The notes under the pieces: model-generated
Seen by the model: the letters and a program-made list of their open reading frames with translations, nothing else
Databases searched by the model: none
Told to the model about the DNA's origin: nothing
Shown here: in pieces, positions 36,598 to 47,800 of the stretch
How positions within the stretch are numbered: the first letter of the stretch is position 1
How the letters are laid out: each line of letters begins with the position of its first letter
Source: Opitutaceae bacterium
Lineage (GTDB): Bacteria > Verrucomicrobiota > Verrucomicrobiia > Opitutales > Opitutaceae
Assembly (NCBI GenBank): GCA_016794625.1
Contig: JAEUGY010000004.1
Coordinates: 13,287 to 77,286, forward strand
Length of the DNA stretch: 64,000 bases
Direction of reading: 5' to 3'
Translations under genes and position numbers: made by a program

Positions 36598-37830
36598 ATG
36601 TTTGCCGGTCGCGACGTCCGCTCTGATTTTCCAACCCTGCACCAACTGGTGGGAGGGCGCCCGCTGGTGTACCTCGACAACGCGGCCACCACCCACAAAC
36701 CCCAGGTGGTGATCGACGCGCTGACTCGTTACTACGAAAAGGATAACTCGAACGTGCATCGTGGGTTGCATGCACTTTCGATGCGCGCCACCGACGGCTA
36801 TGAAGCTGCCCGGGCCCGCGCAGCGGTGTTCATCAATGCCAGTTCCCCGTCCGAAATCATCTTCACCCGCGGCACCACGGAATCCGTCAATCTGGTCGCG
36901 CAAAGCTGGGGGCAGGCGAACCTCAAGCGCGGCAACGTGATTCTGCTCACGGAAATGGAGCATCACTCCAATCTCGTCCCCTGGCAGGTGGTGGCCGAAC
37001 GCACCGGGGCTGTCGTCAAGTACGTGCCCGTGGTGGGGGACAATGCGGAGCACGGCCTGGATCTGGACCGCCTGGACGCCCTGTTGACCCCGGAGGTGAA
37101 GCTCTTCGCTTTCACGCACGTGTCCAACACCTTGGGTGTGATCAACCCCGCCGCCGAGCTCTGCCGGCGGGCCCGGGCCGTCGGTGCGCTCACGCTCATC
37201 GACGCCGCGCAGTCGATCGGCCACGAGTCCCTCGATGTGCAGGCGCTCGGATGCGACTTCCTTGTCTACTCCGGCCACAAGATGGTCGGCCCCACCGGCA
37301 TCGGCGTGCTCTACGGACGCCGCGCCCTGCTTGACGCCATGCCCCCCTGGCAGACCGGCGGCGGCATGATCAGCGTGGTGGAGTTTTCGGGCAGCCGCTG
37401 GAAACCGGCTCCGGAGCGTTTTGAGGCAGGCACACCCAACGTGGCCGACGCCATCGCCCTCCATGTTGCGATGGATTATTTGGATACATTGGGCCGTCCG
37501 GAAATCGCGCTGCACGACCACGCGCTGGCCGAGGCGGCCTACGGGGCGCTGGCCGAACTGCCGGGGGTCCGTCTCCTCGGTCCCAAGGGAAAGCGCGCCG
37601 GTCTGGTCAGCTTCGCCCTGAAAGACGCCCATGCGCACGACGTCGTGACCTTCGCCGACCAGGATGGCATTGCGTTGCGGGGCGGTCACCACTGCAACCA
37701 GCCCTTGATGAAGAAGCTCGGCCTGCCGAGTTCGGTGCGCGCCAGCTTTTACGTGTACAACACGCCCGAGGAAATCGACCGCCTGCTGGCGAGCCTGCGC
37801 AAGATCGTGGCGTTCTTTGGCCGCGGTTGA
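36598..37830 (+). CDS. sufS: Cysteine desulfurase, SufS subfamily (class V aminotransferase)
   Basis: 410-aa ORF with DFPTL, YLDNAATT, NSNVHRGLHALS, the PLP-Lys context SGHKMVGPTGIGVLYG and the active-site Cys loop RGGHHCNQPLM. Confidence 0.9.
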   Translation: MFAGRDVRSDFPTLHQLVGGRPLVYLDNAATTHKPQVVIDALTRYYEKDNSNVHRGLHALSMRATDGYEAARARAAVFINASSPSEIIFTRGTTESVNLVAQSWGQANLKRGNVILLTEMEHHSNLVPWQVVAERTGAVVKYVPVVGDNAEHGLDLDRLDALLTPEVKLFAFTHVSNTLGVINPAAELCRRARAVGALTLIDAAQSIGHESLDVQALGCDFLVYSGHKMVGPTGIGVLYGRRALLDAMPPWQTGGGMISVVEFSGSRWKPAPERFEAGTPNVADAIALHVAMDYLDTLGRPEIALHDHALAEAAYGALAELPGVRLLGPKGKRAGLVSFALKDAHAHDVVTFADQDGIALRGGHHCNQPLMKKLGLPSSVRASFYVYNTPEEIDRLLASLRKIVAFFGRG

Positions 37831-37848
37831 ACGCGGCCCCGCCGGCGC

Positions 37849-38595
37849 CTACTTCGCCGCCTGGCGGCCAAAGATCTCCCAGATCAGCACCGCGCTCGCG
37901 ACCGACACATTGAGGGACTCCACCTTGCCCGTGCCCGGCAGGGTCACGAGGCGGTTGCAGGCGGCGGCGACGTCCGGAGCCATGCCGGTTTCCTCGTTGC
38001 CCAAGACGAGCGCGAGCGGAGCGGACGAGGCCCGCAACGCGTCGGGCCGTCCGCCGCGCGTCGCGGCTCCGATGACCTCGTAGCCGGAGGCGCGCAGCTC
38101 CTTGAGCCAGGCGCCAAGCCGGCCGACCCGCCAGATCGTGACATGCTCCAGTCCGCCTTCCGAGACCCGGTAGGCCGCCTCGCTCGGCAACGCGGCCTCC
38201 GGCGACACGGGGATCACCAGATGGGCGATGCCGAAGAAGGCCGCGGTCCGCGCGATCGCGCCGAGGTTGTGGGCGTTGCCGATGCGATCCAGCACGAGCA
38301 AGGGCGCGCGGGCCGCCACCCAGCGCGCCACGTCGCCCGCGACCGGGGCGCGCAGCACGGGAGCTGTCACCACCGCCACGATACCGCCATGGTGCACCGT
38401 GCCAGACACGGCCTCCAGTTCCGCCGGGGGCACGCAGCGGTAAACCTTGCGCGCGGCCGCGAGCGCCTTGCACAGAGGGCCGACCTTGCGCGCCGTCTCC
38501 TCGTCGAAAAAGAGACGCAGCACCGAGGCCGGATCCCGTTCAAACCGGGCCCGCACCGAAGGCAGGCCGCACATCACCAGTTCGTTGCGATTCAT
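37849..38595 (-). CDS. TrmH/SpoU-family RNA 2'-O-methyltransferase (RlmB-like)
   Basis: 248-aa ORF. SPOUT motifs are DRIGNAHNLGAIARTA, LVLGNEETGM and VTLPGTGKVESLNVSVASAVLIWE. Confidence 0.82.
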   Translation of the reverse strand: MNRNELVMCGLPSVRARFERDPASVLRLFFDEETARKVGPLCKALAAARKVYRCVPPAELEAVSGTVHHGGIVAVVTAPVLRAPVAGDVARWVAARAPLLVLDRIGNAHNLGAIARTAAFFGIAHLVIPVSPEAALPSEAAYRVSEGGLEHVTIWRVGRLGAWLKELRASGYEVIGAATRGGRPDALRASSAPLALVLGNEETGMAPDVAAACNRLVTLPGTGKVESLNVSVASAVLIWEIFGRQAAK

Positions 38596-39632
38596 GGTTT
38601 CACCTCGCCGACCACCGTCAGTTCCTCCCGATCATGATAGAGATGGCTCACCCGGAAGCCCGGGGCATAGCGCGCGAACACGCCCTGCGGCGAGCGCACC
38701 TCGGCCAGAAAAGCCTGCGGGGCCACACGGCCGAACTTCAGATTGACGATGAACCGCCGACACCAGTGCCGGCTCAGCCACGGTTCCACCAAGTTGGAGA
38801 GCACGTGGTGGGGATCCTCCACCAGATCGCAGAAGAGCCAGTCGAAGCACTGTCCTGGCTCAGGTTGGAAGCCGAACGCGTCGACCCGACGGTGCTCGAT
38901 CTGCGGATGCCCCAGCGCGCCCCCCTTGAGCGGACCATTGTCCAGAGCCAGCACTTGCGCCCCACGCTTCGCGGCGCTGTAGCTCCATCCCCCGGGCGCG
39001 GCGCCGAGATCCACCACGGTTTCGCCCGGCTGGGGTTCGCGGCCGGCCAGCACATAGGCCTCCTCGACTTTGAGATAACTGCGCGACGGCGCCCGGTCAT
39101 CATCCGCCATCCGCCGCGGGCCGTGGATCTGGAGAGTCCTCGCGGCGAACGCGCGATCAAAGTCCACAAAATAGACCATCCACCCCCGATGTTCCCCGAG
39201 TGCCCGCGGCAGATCGGACACCGCCAGTTTCGAGACCCGCGACAGCCGTTTGCGCAACAGCTCGTGAAACGCCCGTTCCACGCTGGCGACCCGGCGACCC
39301 AGGCCGACGATCTCGGCGGGACAATGAAACACACACGGCCAGGCGGACTCGATCCGCTCGCCCCGGACGGCGGCGAGCATCGCCTCCACCAGCCCCTGAG
39401 CCAGGGCATTGACCGAACTGCCCTTGATCTCACGCGCATCCGTCAGCGTCACATGAGCAAACGCCCAGTCCCCGGCCGCCACGGGTGTCGGCGTGCCATC
39501 GGCCGCGGGTGCGGCACGCCCGGCCGGTTCCAACCGCACCCAGCCCGGACCTTCCTCCGCCACGGCATGGCCAAGCGCGGCCAGCTCGCCGGCGAGCAAA
39601 TCCTGGAACCCTGCCTGACAGGTGACGATCAT
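38592..39632 (-). CDS. rlmM: 23S rRNA (cytidine2498-2'-O)-methyltransferase
   Basis: Blocks match my recollection of E. coli RlmM: APSRSYLKVEEA, VVDLGAAPGGWSY, LDNGPL, FCDLVEDP, VNLKF and HLYHDREELTV. Its stop overlaps the next gene's ATG (ATGA at 38592-38595). Confidence 0.85.
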   Translation of the reverse strand: MIVTCQAGFQDLLAGELAALGHAVAEEGPGWVRLEPAGRAAPAADGTPTPVAAGDWAFAHVTLTDAREIKGSSVNALAQGLVEAMLAAVRGERIESAWPCVFHCPAEIVGLGRRVASVERAFHELLRKRLSRVSKLAVSDLPRALGEHRGWMVYFVDFDRAFAARTLQIHGPRRMADDDRAPSRSYLKVEEAYVLAGREPQPGETVVDLGAAPGGWSYSAAKRGAQVLALDNGPLKGGALGHPQIEHRRVDAFGFQPEPGQCFDWLFCDLVEDPHHVLSNLVEPWLSRHWCRRFIVNLKFGRVAPQAFLAEVRSPQGVFARYAPGFRVSHLYHDREELTVVGEVKP

Positions 39633-39703
39633 GCCCTGAGCACACCGTCCCCGCCGAACTGCGCAACTCGCAATTCGGGAAACACTCGTCCCCGGACCGC
39701 GGA

Positions 39704-42058
39704 TCAGGAGTGCACCGCTTCCGGACGATCCGTCTCCGTCGTCGCCACCACGGCGGCGACGTCGGTTGAATGCAGCGTGCGATACGCGGTCTCCAGACTG
39801 GCCAGCAGCGAGTCCGATTTGAAGGGCTTGGAAATATAGTCGTTCATGCCCGCCGCCAGGGCCCGTTCGCGGTCATCGGCCAGCGCGTTGGCCGTCAAAG
39901 CCACAATCCAGGGCCGGATGGCGACGCGGCCGCCCCGGATGCGGCGGGCCGTTTCCAAACCATCGAGCTCCGGCATCTCCACATCCAGAAACACCACGTC
40001 GTAGTTCGCCCGCTCCAAGGCATCGAGCACCTCCAGGCCATTCGCCGCCAGATCCGCCTGGTAACCGAGGCGGCGCAGCGACATCTGCGCGACCTTGATG
40101 TTCACATGATTGTCATCCGCGACGAGAATCTTGAGCGGCCATCGTTCCGCAAGGTTGGCGAGGACCACCGGATCCGCGGCCCGATTGACCGCTGGCTCGC
40201 AAGGATTCGCGAGCACATCCACAAGTGCATTCGCCAGCGCGAGGTACTTGACCGGTTTGACCAGCGTCGCCGCGTACAGGTGCGCGCCCGCGCGCCGCGT
40301 GAGCGAATTCATCAACAGCAGGGGAATCCGGCTGCAGCCCGACTTGGCGCGTATCCGCACGGAGAGGCTGTCGCCGTCCAGACCGGCCAGAGTATCGTCG
40401 ACCATGATCAGGTCGAAATTCTGCCGTCCATCGAGCAGCGCCAGCGCCTCCGCGGCCGACTCGACTTCGATCGAACTGACCCCCAGGTCGCGCAGATTGG
40501 CGGACAGGCTGCGTCGCGAAGCCGCATTGTCATCCACCACTAGGACGCGCACGCCCTGCAGGACCGCCCGGTCAAAGGTAGCCTGTTCGCTGATACGGGG
40601 CGGACAGGAGGCGGCAACAATCGTAAAGAAGAAGGTCGAGCCCCGCCCCTCCAGGCTCTCCACCCACATGCGCCCGCCCATCAATTCGGTCAGTCTCCGG
40701 CTGATGGCGAGTCCCAGTCCGGTGCCGCCGAACTGGCGGTGGGTCGAACTGTCGACCTGCGAGAATGATTTGAAGAGCCGGTCCAAGCGGTCGGCGGGAA
40801 TGCCGATGCCCGTGTCGCGCACGCCAAACTGCAGCGTGAGGGCAGGCCCGTGGGAGGCCACGACGACCGACAACTCGACCTCGCCCCGCGCGGTGAACTT
40901 CACCGCGTTGCCAAGCAGGTTGGCGAGCACCTGCCGCAGGCGGGTGACGTCCGCGACCACCCAGCCGGGCACGGTGGCCGGGAAGTGACACACCAGTTCC
41001 AACTTCTTTTCCGCGGCAACCACCGAGACCAGATCGAGCGCCTCCTCCAGGCACTGCCGCAGATCGAAAGGCGCGTTCTCCAGGTCAATCCGACCCGCTT
41101 CGATTTTCGAGTAGTCGAGGATGTCGTTGATGATCGTGATCAGCGCTTCGCCACTCGTCTCAATGGTGCGGACATAGTCGCGCTGTTGGGGCGTCAAGGA
41201 CGTGTCTCGCAACAAACTGGCCATGCCGATCACGCCGTTCATTGGCGTGCGAATCTCGTGACTCATGGTGGCGAGAAAGATGCTCTTCGCCTGATTGGCC
41301 GCCTCCGCCTGATCGCGGGCACGCACGAGCTCCTCCGCGTTCCGCTGGTCGCGCTGCAAACTCGCCGCCGCCGCGACGCGCAGGCGCCAGACGGCGATTC
41401 CGATGCTCAGCGATAGCGACGTCACTCCGGCGAGGGAGAGGATGATCGCCCAGCGAATCGGGCTCTGGCGCCCGAGCACATCCGTCAGCTCCAAATCGAG
41501 GCCGACCACCCCGACTCGCCGCCCTTCGCGATCGTAGAAGGGGGCAAATGCGCTGAGAAACGTGCCCTGGGCGTCGGTGACGGGTTGGGCGTTGGCGAGA
41601 TCGACCCCCTCGCGCAGGGCCCGTTCAAATTCCACGTCCACCCCATCATAGGGCGTCATGATTGGGTCCACCGGCTGGTTGTCCTTCGGATTGGGCTGCA
41701 GGTAGTCCGTGCCGAGAACAATGTGAATCCGGTTTTCGTGCAGAACGGCGGTGTAGACGTAGTAGAGATTGGGATTCGCCCGATGGAAGGCGACCATCGG
41801 CGCTAGCGCCTTCAGATGCTCCGGCGTGCCCATTTGGCGAGGCGACGTCAGGGTGCGATGCAAATCGCCATCCATTTGAACAGCCAAGGAACGAGCGAGC
41901 GAGGTCAACTCACTCCGGAGTGCCTCCACCTGCGCCCGACGAACGAGGTGGTAGAGGAGCGCGAGTCCCACACACGCGACAAAAAACACGGTCGCCGCGG
42001 CAAGGAGGCCTTCCCGCCGCGGGCGAACTGCGTGAAATGTGGGAGCTGGTTCGTCCAT
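39704..42058 (-). CDS. Hybrid sensor histidine kinase with a periplasmic Cache-like sensor and two receiver domains
   Basis: ATG at 42058 within ORF 39704-42589. The layout is TM, about 160-aa extracytoplasmic region, then TM. The H-box is [14 protein letters not shown]. HATPase motifs are [10 protein letters not shown] and [12 protein letters not shown]. Two REC domains are VLVVDDN... and [10 protein letters not shown]...[12 protein letters not shown]. Confidence 0.85.
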   Translation of the reverse strand: MDEPAPTFHAVRPRREGLLAAATVFFVACVGLALLYHLVRRAQVEALRSELTSLARSLAVQMDGDLHRTLTSPRQMGTPEHLKALAPMVAFHRANPNLYYVYTAVLHENRIHIVLGTDYLQPNPKDNQPVDPIMTPYDGVDVEFERALREGVDLANAQPVTDAQGTFLSAFAPFYDREGRRVGVVGLDLELTDVLGRQSPIRWAIILSLAGVTSLSLSIGIAVWRLRVAAAASLQRDQRNAEELVRARDQAEAANQAKSIFLATMSHEIRTPMNGVIGMASLLRDTSLTPQQRDYVRTIETSGEALITIINDILDYSKIEAGRIDLENAPFDLRQCLEEALDLVSVVAAEKKLELVCHFPATVPGWVVADVTRLRQVLANLLGNAVKFTARGEVELSVVVASHGPALTLQFGVRDTGIGIPADRLDRLFKSFSQVDSSTHRQFGGTGLGLAISRRLTELMGGRMWVESLEGRGSTFFFTIVAASCPPRISEQATFDRAVLQGVRVLVVDDNAASRRSLSANLRDLGVSSIEVESAAEALALLDGRQNFDLIMVDDTLAGLDGDSLSVRIRAKSGCSRIPLLLMNSLTRRAGAHLYAATLVKPVKYLALANALVDVLANPCEPAVNRAADPVVLANLAERWPLKILVADDNHVNIKVAQMSLRRLGYQADLAANGLEVLDALERANYDVVFLDVEMPELDGLETARRIRGGRVAIRPWIVALTANALADDRERALAAGMNDYISKPFKSDSLLASLETAYRTLHSTDVAAVVATTETDRPEAVHS

Positions 42059-42186
42059 CGGCAATGCCGTGTCATTATCGGCCCGCGAAGCCCTTCGCTT
42101 CAGCGGAAAGCTCCCCGGGGGGGACGAACCGTACCTTCCCAGGGTCCCGGCGCCGGAACCGTCGGCCCCGGCGCTGAGAAAAATCC

Positions 42187-44610
42187 TTATGCCGGAACCC
42201 CCGGGCCCGACTCCGCGGCCACCGTGGGGGGGCGGGGAAACAGGACACGGAAGGTGCTGCCTTTGCCCGGGGTGCTCGTCACTCGAATCTCGCCCCCGTG
42301 GTTGAGCACAATGCCCTGGACCACGGACAGGCCCAATCCGGTACCTTGACCGGTCGGCTTGGTCGTAAAAAAGGGATCGAAAATCCGCTTCACCGTTTCC
42401 GCATCCATGCCGCAACCGCGGTCCTCCACCTCCACACAGGTCCCGAAACCCTCCGGGGTATCGCCTTCGGACAGAAGCCGCACCGTGACTACCACCCTCG
42501 CCTCCCCCGTTTCCCCGCCCGCCTGGGCCCCGTTCAGGCAGAGGTTCATCAGCGCCTGTTGCAACCGGCCGTGGTCGCCCAGCACCCACGCCGGCTGGTC
42601 GGGCAGATGGGCGACAAACCGGCTGCGTCCCGGAGCGCTGATTTCCAACAGGGGCAGGGTCTCGCGGACGAGACTCACCAGGTCGATTCGCTGGCGTTTG
42701 CTTTGCGGCAGACGCCGGGCGTAAACCAGAACCCGGTGGACCAGGTTCGCCGCCGCCTGCCCCCCGCTCAGCGCGGATTCCAGATCGGACCGCGACGGGT
42801 GTCCGGCCGGCAGATTCTCCCGGGCGAGCTCAATGTAGCCGTTGATGCCAGTCAGCAGGTTGTTGAAGTGATGGGCAAACCCGCCCGCCAGCGTGCCGAG
42901 CGTTTCAAAACGCTGCGCGGCCCTGACCTGCTCCTCGCGGGCCTCGCGCTCACTCTCCGCTCGCTTCCGCTCGTTGATCTCCCGCTGCACGGCGACGAAG
43001 TGCGTGCACGTCCCTTTGGTATCCAATACGGGAACCAAATCCACCTCGACCCAGTACGCCGAGCCTCCTTTGCGATAGTGGATCAACTCAACCCTCGCCG
43101 CCGAGCGTTCCCGGAACGCGGTCTCCAGGGTCTGCGCGGCATCGAGCGGGGTCGCTCGTCCCTCAAGGAAACGCGGCCCGCGCCCCAACGCCTCCTGCGC
43201 CGAATAACCGGTCTCCCGCGCGAACGCCTCGTTGACATACACAATGCGTTCCGGGACTTCGCCGCTGGAGGCGGAGCAGATCATGACCACATCGTTCGAG
43301 CGCGAGAGGCAGAGCTCCAGCAATCGCAACCGCTCTTGCTCCGCCAGCCGGTCGGTGATGTCGGTGTGGGAACCGGCCATGCGCACCACCCGTCCGAGGG
43401 AGTTCCGGATCGCCTCTCCTCGGGAGAGAAACCAACGGTAGGCCCCGGACTTGGTGCGCATGCGCAACTCGACCGCATAAGGCGCCTTTTGGTGGAAATG
43501 GCGCTGGAGCGCTTCCTCGACCCCGGGCCGGTCCTCCGGATGCAACAGCCCAAACCAGGCGGCGCCATGGGTGAACCGCGGCCAGTCCTCCGGTGCGTAT
43601 CCGAGTTTCGCCAACCAACGTTGCGGATGATACACCTCGTCGGTCACGACGTTCCAGTCCCAATACCCATCGCTCGACCCCCGGACGGCGAGTTCGATGC
43701 TCTCCTGATTCTCCCGCAGCAGCTGTTCCGAGCGGTCGCGCGCCCGTTGCAGACCCATCACAAGCCAGCCAACCAGCATCACCGACAAAAGGAAAAGGGT
43801 GATGTTCAGCAGCTCGAGCGAACGTTCCGGTTGGACAAAGGGACCGACCCGGAGCGCGAGACCGAGAACGGCCAGGCCGCAGATGAGCAGCACGCCGAAG
43901 GTCATGCCGAGCAGCCCGAACCGCATCCCCGCCCACGCGGCCAGGGGCAGGACGAGAAACGCCAGTGGCAAGGTGCCCCGTCCGAGGGCGAGCGTATCGA
44001 GGAAGATGATGCCGCTCGCAACCACCGCGAGCACGCTCCAGACGCCAAACTCCCAGAGTCGCGAACGCATCGCGGCCCGCTCCGGGCGGCGCAGGCTGAG
44101 GAGAAAGGGCGTGACGAGCAGGACGCCGGTGCAGTCGCTCAGCCACCACGTCAGCCACGTCTCAAACAATTCGCGGAGCTGGCCATCCCCCCGCCAGAGG
44201 CCCAGGGTGCCGCCACTCGCCATCACGCACATACCCAGCAGTGAAGCCGACAGGAACAGGAACAGGTCGCGGCCGCGGGCAAAACCCGGATCAAATCGCC
44301 ACGAACGGAGCAGCCAAACCGTCAGCACGGGTCCGATGGTATTGAACAACGCCAGGACGACGCCGCTGCTCAGTTCGGTTCCCATCCGCAGCGAGACCAG
44401 CGCGGATCCCGCCAGGATCGCCGGCCAGAAGCGAACGCCCCATTGGAAGAGCGCAAACACGGCAAGACCCGCGGGTATCCATATCAGGGCAAAATGGCCG
44501 GAGTATCGGGGCAGGACCAGACCCGCCATCCCGGCTAGCGCGTAGGCCACCGACAATCCAACCCCTCGCAAAAGCAAATCCCTTCCCCGACCTGCAGCAG
44601 GCTCGCGCAT
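42187..44610 (-). CDS. MASE1-PAS-PAS sensor histidine kinase
   Basis: 807-aa ORF. The N-terminal about 300 aa is a polytopic MASE1-like domain ([12 protein letters not shown]...IWIPAGLAV). It has two PAS domains ([10 protein letters not shown]). The H-box-like motif is FAHHFNNLL and the HATPase motif is [11 protein letters not shown]. Confidence 0.85.
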   Translation of the reverse strand: MREPAAGRGRDLLLRGVGLSVAYALAGMAGLVLPRYSGHFALIWIPAGLAVFALFQWGVRFWPAILAGSALVSLRMGTELSSGVVLALFNTIGPVLTVWLLRSWRFDPGFARGRDLFLFLSASLLGMCVMASGGTLGLWRGDGQLRELFETWLTWWLSDCTGVLLVTPFLLSLRRPERAAMRSRLWEFGVWSVLAVVASGIIFLDTLALGRGTLPLAFLVLPLAAWAGMRFGLLGMTFGVLLICGLAVLGLALRVGPFVQPERSLELLNITLFLLSVMLVGWLVMGLQRARDRSEQLLRENQESIELAVRGSSDGYWDWNVVTDEVYHPQRWLAKLGYAPEDWPRFTHGAAWFGLLHPEDRPGVEEALQRHFHQKAPYAVELRMRTKSGAYRWFLSRGEAIRNSLGRVVRMAGSHTDITDRLAEQERLRLLELCLSRSNDVVMICSASSGEVPERIVYVNEAFARETGYSAQEALGRGPRFLEGRATPLDAAQTLETAFRERSAARVELIHYRKGGSAYWVEVDLVPVLDTKGTCTHFVAVQREINERKRAESEREAREEQVRAAQRFETLGTLAGGFAHHFNNLLTGINGYIELARENLPAGHPSRSDLESALSGGQAAANLVHRVLVYARRLPQSKRQRIDLVSLVRETLPLLEISAPGRSRFVAHLPDQPAWVLGDHGRLQQALMNLCLNGAQAGGETGEARVVVTVRLLSEGDTPEGFGTCVEVEDRGCGMDAETVKRIFDPFFTTKPTGQGTGLGLSVVQGIVLNHGGEIRVTSTPGKGSTFRVLFPRPPTVAAESGPGVPA

Positions 44611-44803
44611 TCACCCCTTACTTGGTGCGACTGCGCTGCAAGTCAAGGATTTGCAGTTCAATGGAAATTTCCCAGTGTCACTGATCCACCGTTACGGGCC
44701 CCGAGCCTGCCTTTAGGCCGGGCTTGGGATGCAGCGGCGAACGCGGACGGGGAGCTCCAACCCCGCCCGCGTCGCCTGAGCAGACACCACCTGGCAATTC
44801 AGA

Positions 44804-47800
44804 TCAGGGCTGGACCTCAAACACTTCGATCAGCGCCTCCCCGACGGCGCCAGCGACGCCGCTGACCTGCACGGTGTACCCACCGGGAGGCAGGGACAGG
44901 ACCGTCGCGGCATCCCGGCTGCCCTCGGGCAGGCCAAAGGCTCCCACCCGGGCAAAGAGGGGCGCGAGGCTCGGCGACCACGAGTCATTCTCCGCCAGTC
45001 GGGTCGAACCCGCATAAACCTCAAGTTTGGGATCATCCAGCACGGCCGGCACGCCGAACTGACCAAGGGATGGTCCGATCGCCCGGATCAAGACGGTCTT
45101 CGCCGCCCGGCCTGAGATGGTGAAGCCGGCGATGAGCACATCCGCACCGGAACCCACGCGATTGCGGGCCGAGATGTTGGTCAAACGCTGGGTCATGCCC
45201 CGCCCGGCATCATAGACCTCGACCAGCACGCGGCCTCCAATCCGTCCGTGGATTTGAGCGGTGCGACCGCCGCCCACCGAACTCACCAGCGCGGCGTCGA
45301 GACTGTTCGGTGCGAGGCCAAAGGCGCCCACCGACGCGGAGAGTTCCACCATGGATCGCTCGCCACCCCAGTTGTCATTCCAATCCAGACGGGTGCCGCC
45401 CTGATAGAGGACGATCTCCGGATCCGGCATCGTCTGCGGCACCCCAAAGGCATCCAACCCCGGGCCCACCGCCCGCAACAGGAACGACTTGTCGCCACCC
45501 GAGACGTTGAATCCGACGACGAGCAGTTGTTCCGCGGCCAGGTTCGTGACGACAGAAACGTTGGTGATCGCGCTGGCCACACCCTGGGTCACCGCCAGGG
45601 TCGCCACGGCGCTGACGACGCTTCCGGAGGAATTCGACACCGTGACGGTATAGTCGCCGGCGTCGGAAAGTTGCACCCCCGTCAAGGCGAGCTGCGCGGC
45701 GTTCGCACCCGGCAGGACAAGACCGCCCTTGTGCCACTGATACGTCAAGGAGCCCGAACCCGTCGCTTCGACGGCCAGGGTGACGGATGCACCCTGGACC
45801 ACCGACTGGCCCAGCGGCTGCACGAGGATGGACGGACCCACCGCGGGGGTCACCTGGACGTGAGCGACATGACTGTGGATGGACCCGAGCTCGTTGTGCA
45901 CGATCACCCGGTAGGCCCCTCCAGCCGTCTCATCGACTCCGGTCATGACCAGCACCGAACCGGTTGCACCAGGGATCGCGGAGCCATTCCGGGTCCACTG
46001 GTATGAGAGCGGGCCTGTACCGGTGGCGACGGCGGTCAGCGTGACCGTGTCATTGGGCTGTGCGGTCTGGCTCATGGGGACAACCGAAACGGAGGGAGCC
46101 GCCTGCCCGGTGGAAAGCGTCAGCGATGCGGCACTACTTTGCGCGGATCCGGCCGGATTCGTCGCCACCAATCGGTAGGATCCAGCCGAAGCCTCCGTAA
46201 CGACAGGGAGGGTCAACGTGGACGAGGTGGCACCGGGAAGAGCACTACCGTCCTTGAACCACTGATACGTAATCGGGCCGCTCCCTGAGACGAGCGCCGA
46301 GAACGAAGCCGCTCCCCCAACCGCAACGGTTACACTGACAGGCTGCGAGGTGAATTGCGGCGCGACAACGGCTTCGGTCACGGTCAGACTAGCGGAATTG
46401 CTTTGGGCGGTGCCCGCGGCGTTCGTCGCGCTCAGCCGATATGATCCGGCCGAAGCGAGCGTGACGGCGTTCAAGGTAAGCGTCGACGACGTCGCTCCGG
46501 CGATCGGTGCACCGTCCTTCGTCCACTGGTAGGTGATCGGCGCGGTGCCGTTCGCCGCGGCTGAGAACGCCACGGTGCCTCCCACGGTCGCCGTCGCGTT
46601 CGCCGGCTGCGTGGTGAAGCTCGGCGCCACGGTCGCTTCGGTCACCGTCAGACTGGCGGGATTGCTTTGGGCAGTGCCCGCGGCATTCGTCGCGCTCAGC
46701 CGATACGATCCGGCCGAAGCTAGGGAGACAGCGTTCAAGGTAAGCGTCGATGACGTCGCTCCAGCGATCGGTGCACCGTCCTTCGTCCACTGGTAGGTGA
46801 TCGGCGCGGTGCCGTTCGCCGCGGCTGAGAACGCCACGGTGCCGCCCACGGTTGCCGTCGCGTTTGCCGGCTGCGTGGTGAAGCTCGGCGCCACGGTCGC
46901 TTCGGTCACCGTCAAGGTCGCAGGATTGCTTTGGGCGGTACCCGCGGCATTCGTCGCGCTCAGTCGATACGATCCGGCCGAGGCCAGCGTGACGGCGTTC
47001 AAGGTAAGCGTCGTCGACGTTGCACCGGCGATGGGTGCACCGTCCTTCGTCCACTGGTAGGCGATCGGCGCGGTGCCGTTCGCGGCGGCTGAGAACGTCA
47101 CGGTGCCGCCCACGGTCGCCGTCGCGTTCGCCGGCTGCGTGGTGATGCTCGGCGCCACGGTGGCTTCGGTCACCGTCAGACTGGCGGGATTGCTCTGGGC
47201 GGTGCCCGCGGCGTTCGTCGCGCTCAGCCGATATGATCCGGCCGAAGCGAGCGTGATGGCGTTCAAGGTAAGCGTCGACGACGTCGCTCCGGCGATCGGT
47301 GCACCGTCCTTCGTCCACTGGTAGCTGATCGGCGCGGTGCCGTTCGCCGCGGCCGCGAACGTCACGGTGCCTCCCACGGTCGCCGTCGCGTTCGCCGGCT
47401 GCGTGGTGAAGCTCGGCGCCACGGTGGCCTCGGTCACCGTCAGACTGGCGGGATTGCTTTGGGCGGTGCCCGCAGCATTGGTCGCGCTCAACCGATACGA
47501 CCCGGCCGAGGCTAGCGTGACGGCGTTCAACGTAAGAGTCGTCGACGTCGCTCCGGCGATGGGTGCACCGTCCTTCGTCCATTGGTAGGTGATCGGCGCG
47601 GTGCCACTGGCGGCGGCCGAGAAGGTCACGGTCCCGCCGACCATCGCCGTCGCGTTCACCGGCTGCGTGGTGATGCTCGGCGCCACAACAGCTTCGTTCA
47701 CCGTCAGGCTCGCCGGATTACTCTGTGCGGTGCCCGCGGTATTGGTTGCGCTCAACCGATACGATCCCGCCGAGGCCAGGGTGACCGCGTTCAACGTCAG

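Noticed and set aside
46389-47582. 397-aa alternative-frame ORF inside the giant Ig-repeat gene, with repeated DGDRGHRGAELHHAAGERDG units. There is a similar ORF at 47718-48374.
   Set aside because: This is an out-of-frame reading of the 264-bp DNA repeats. The periodicity is inherited from the real frame, whose product has a coherent Ig-like pattern, a signal region and a conserved C-terminus.
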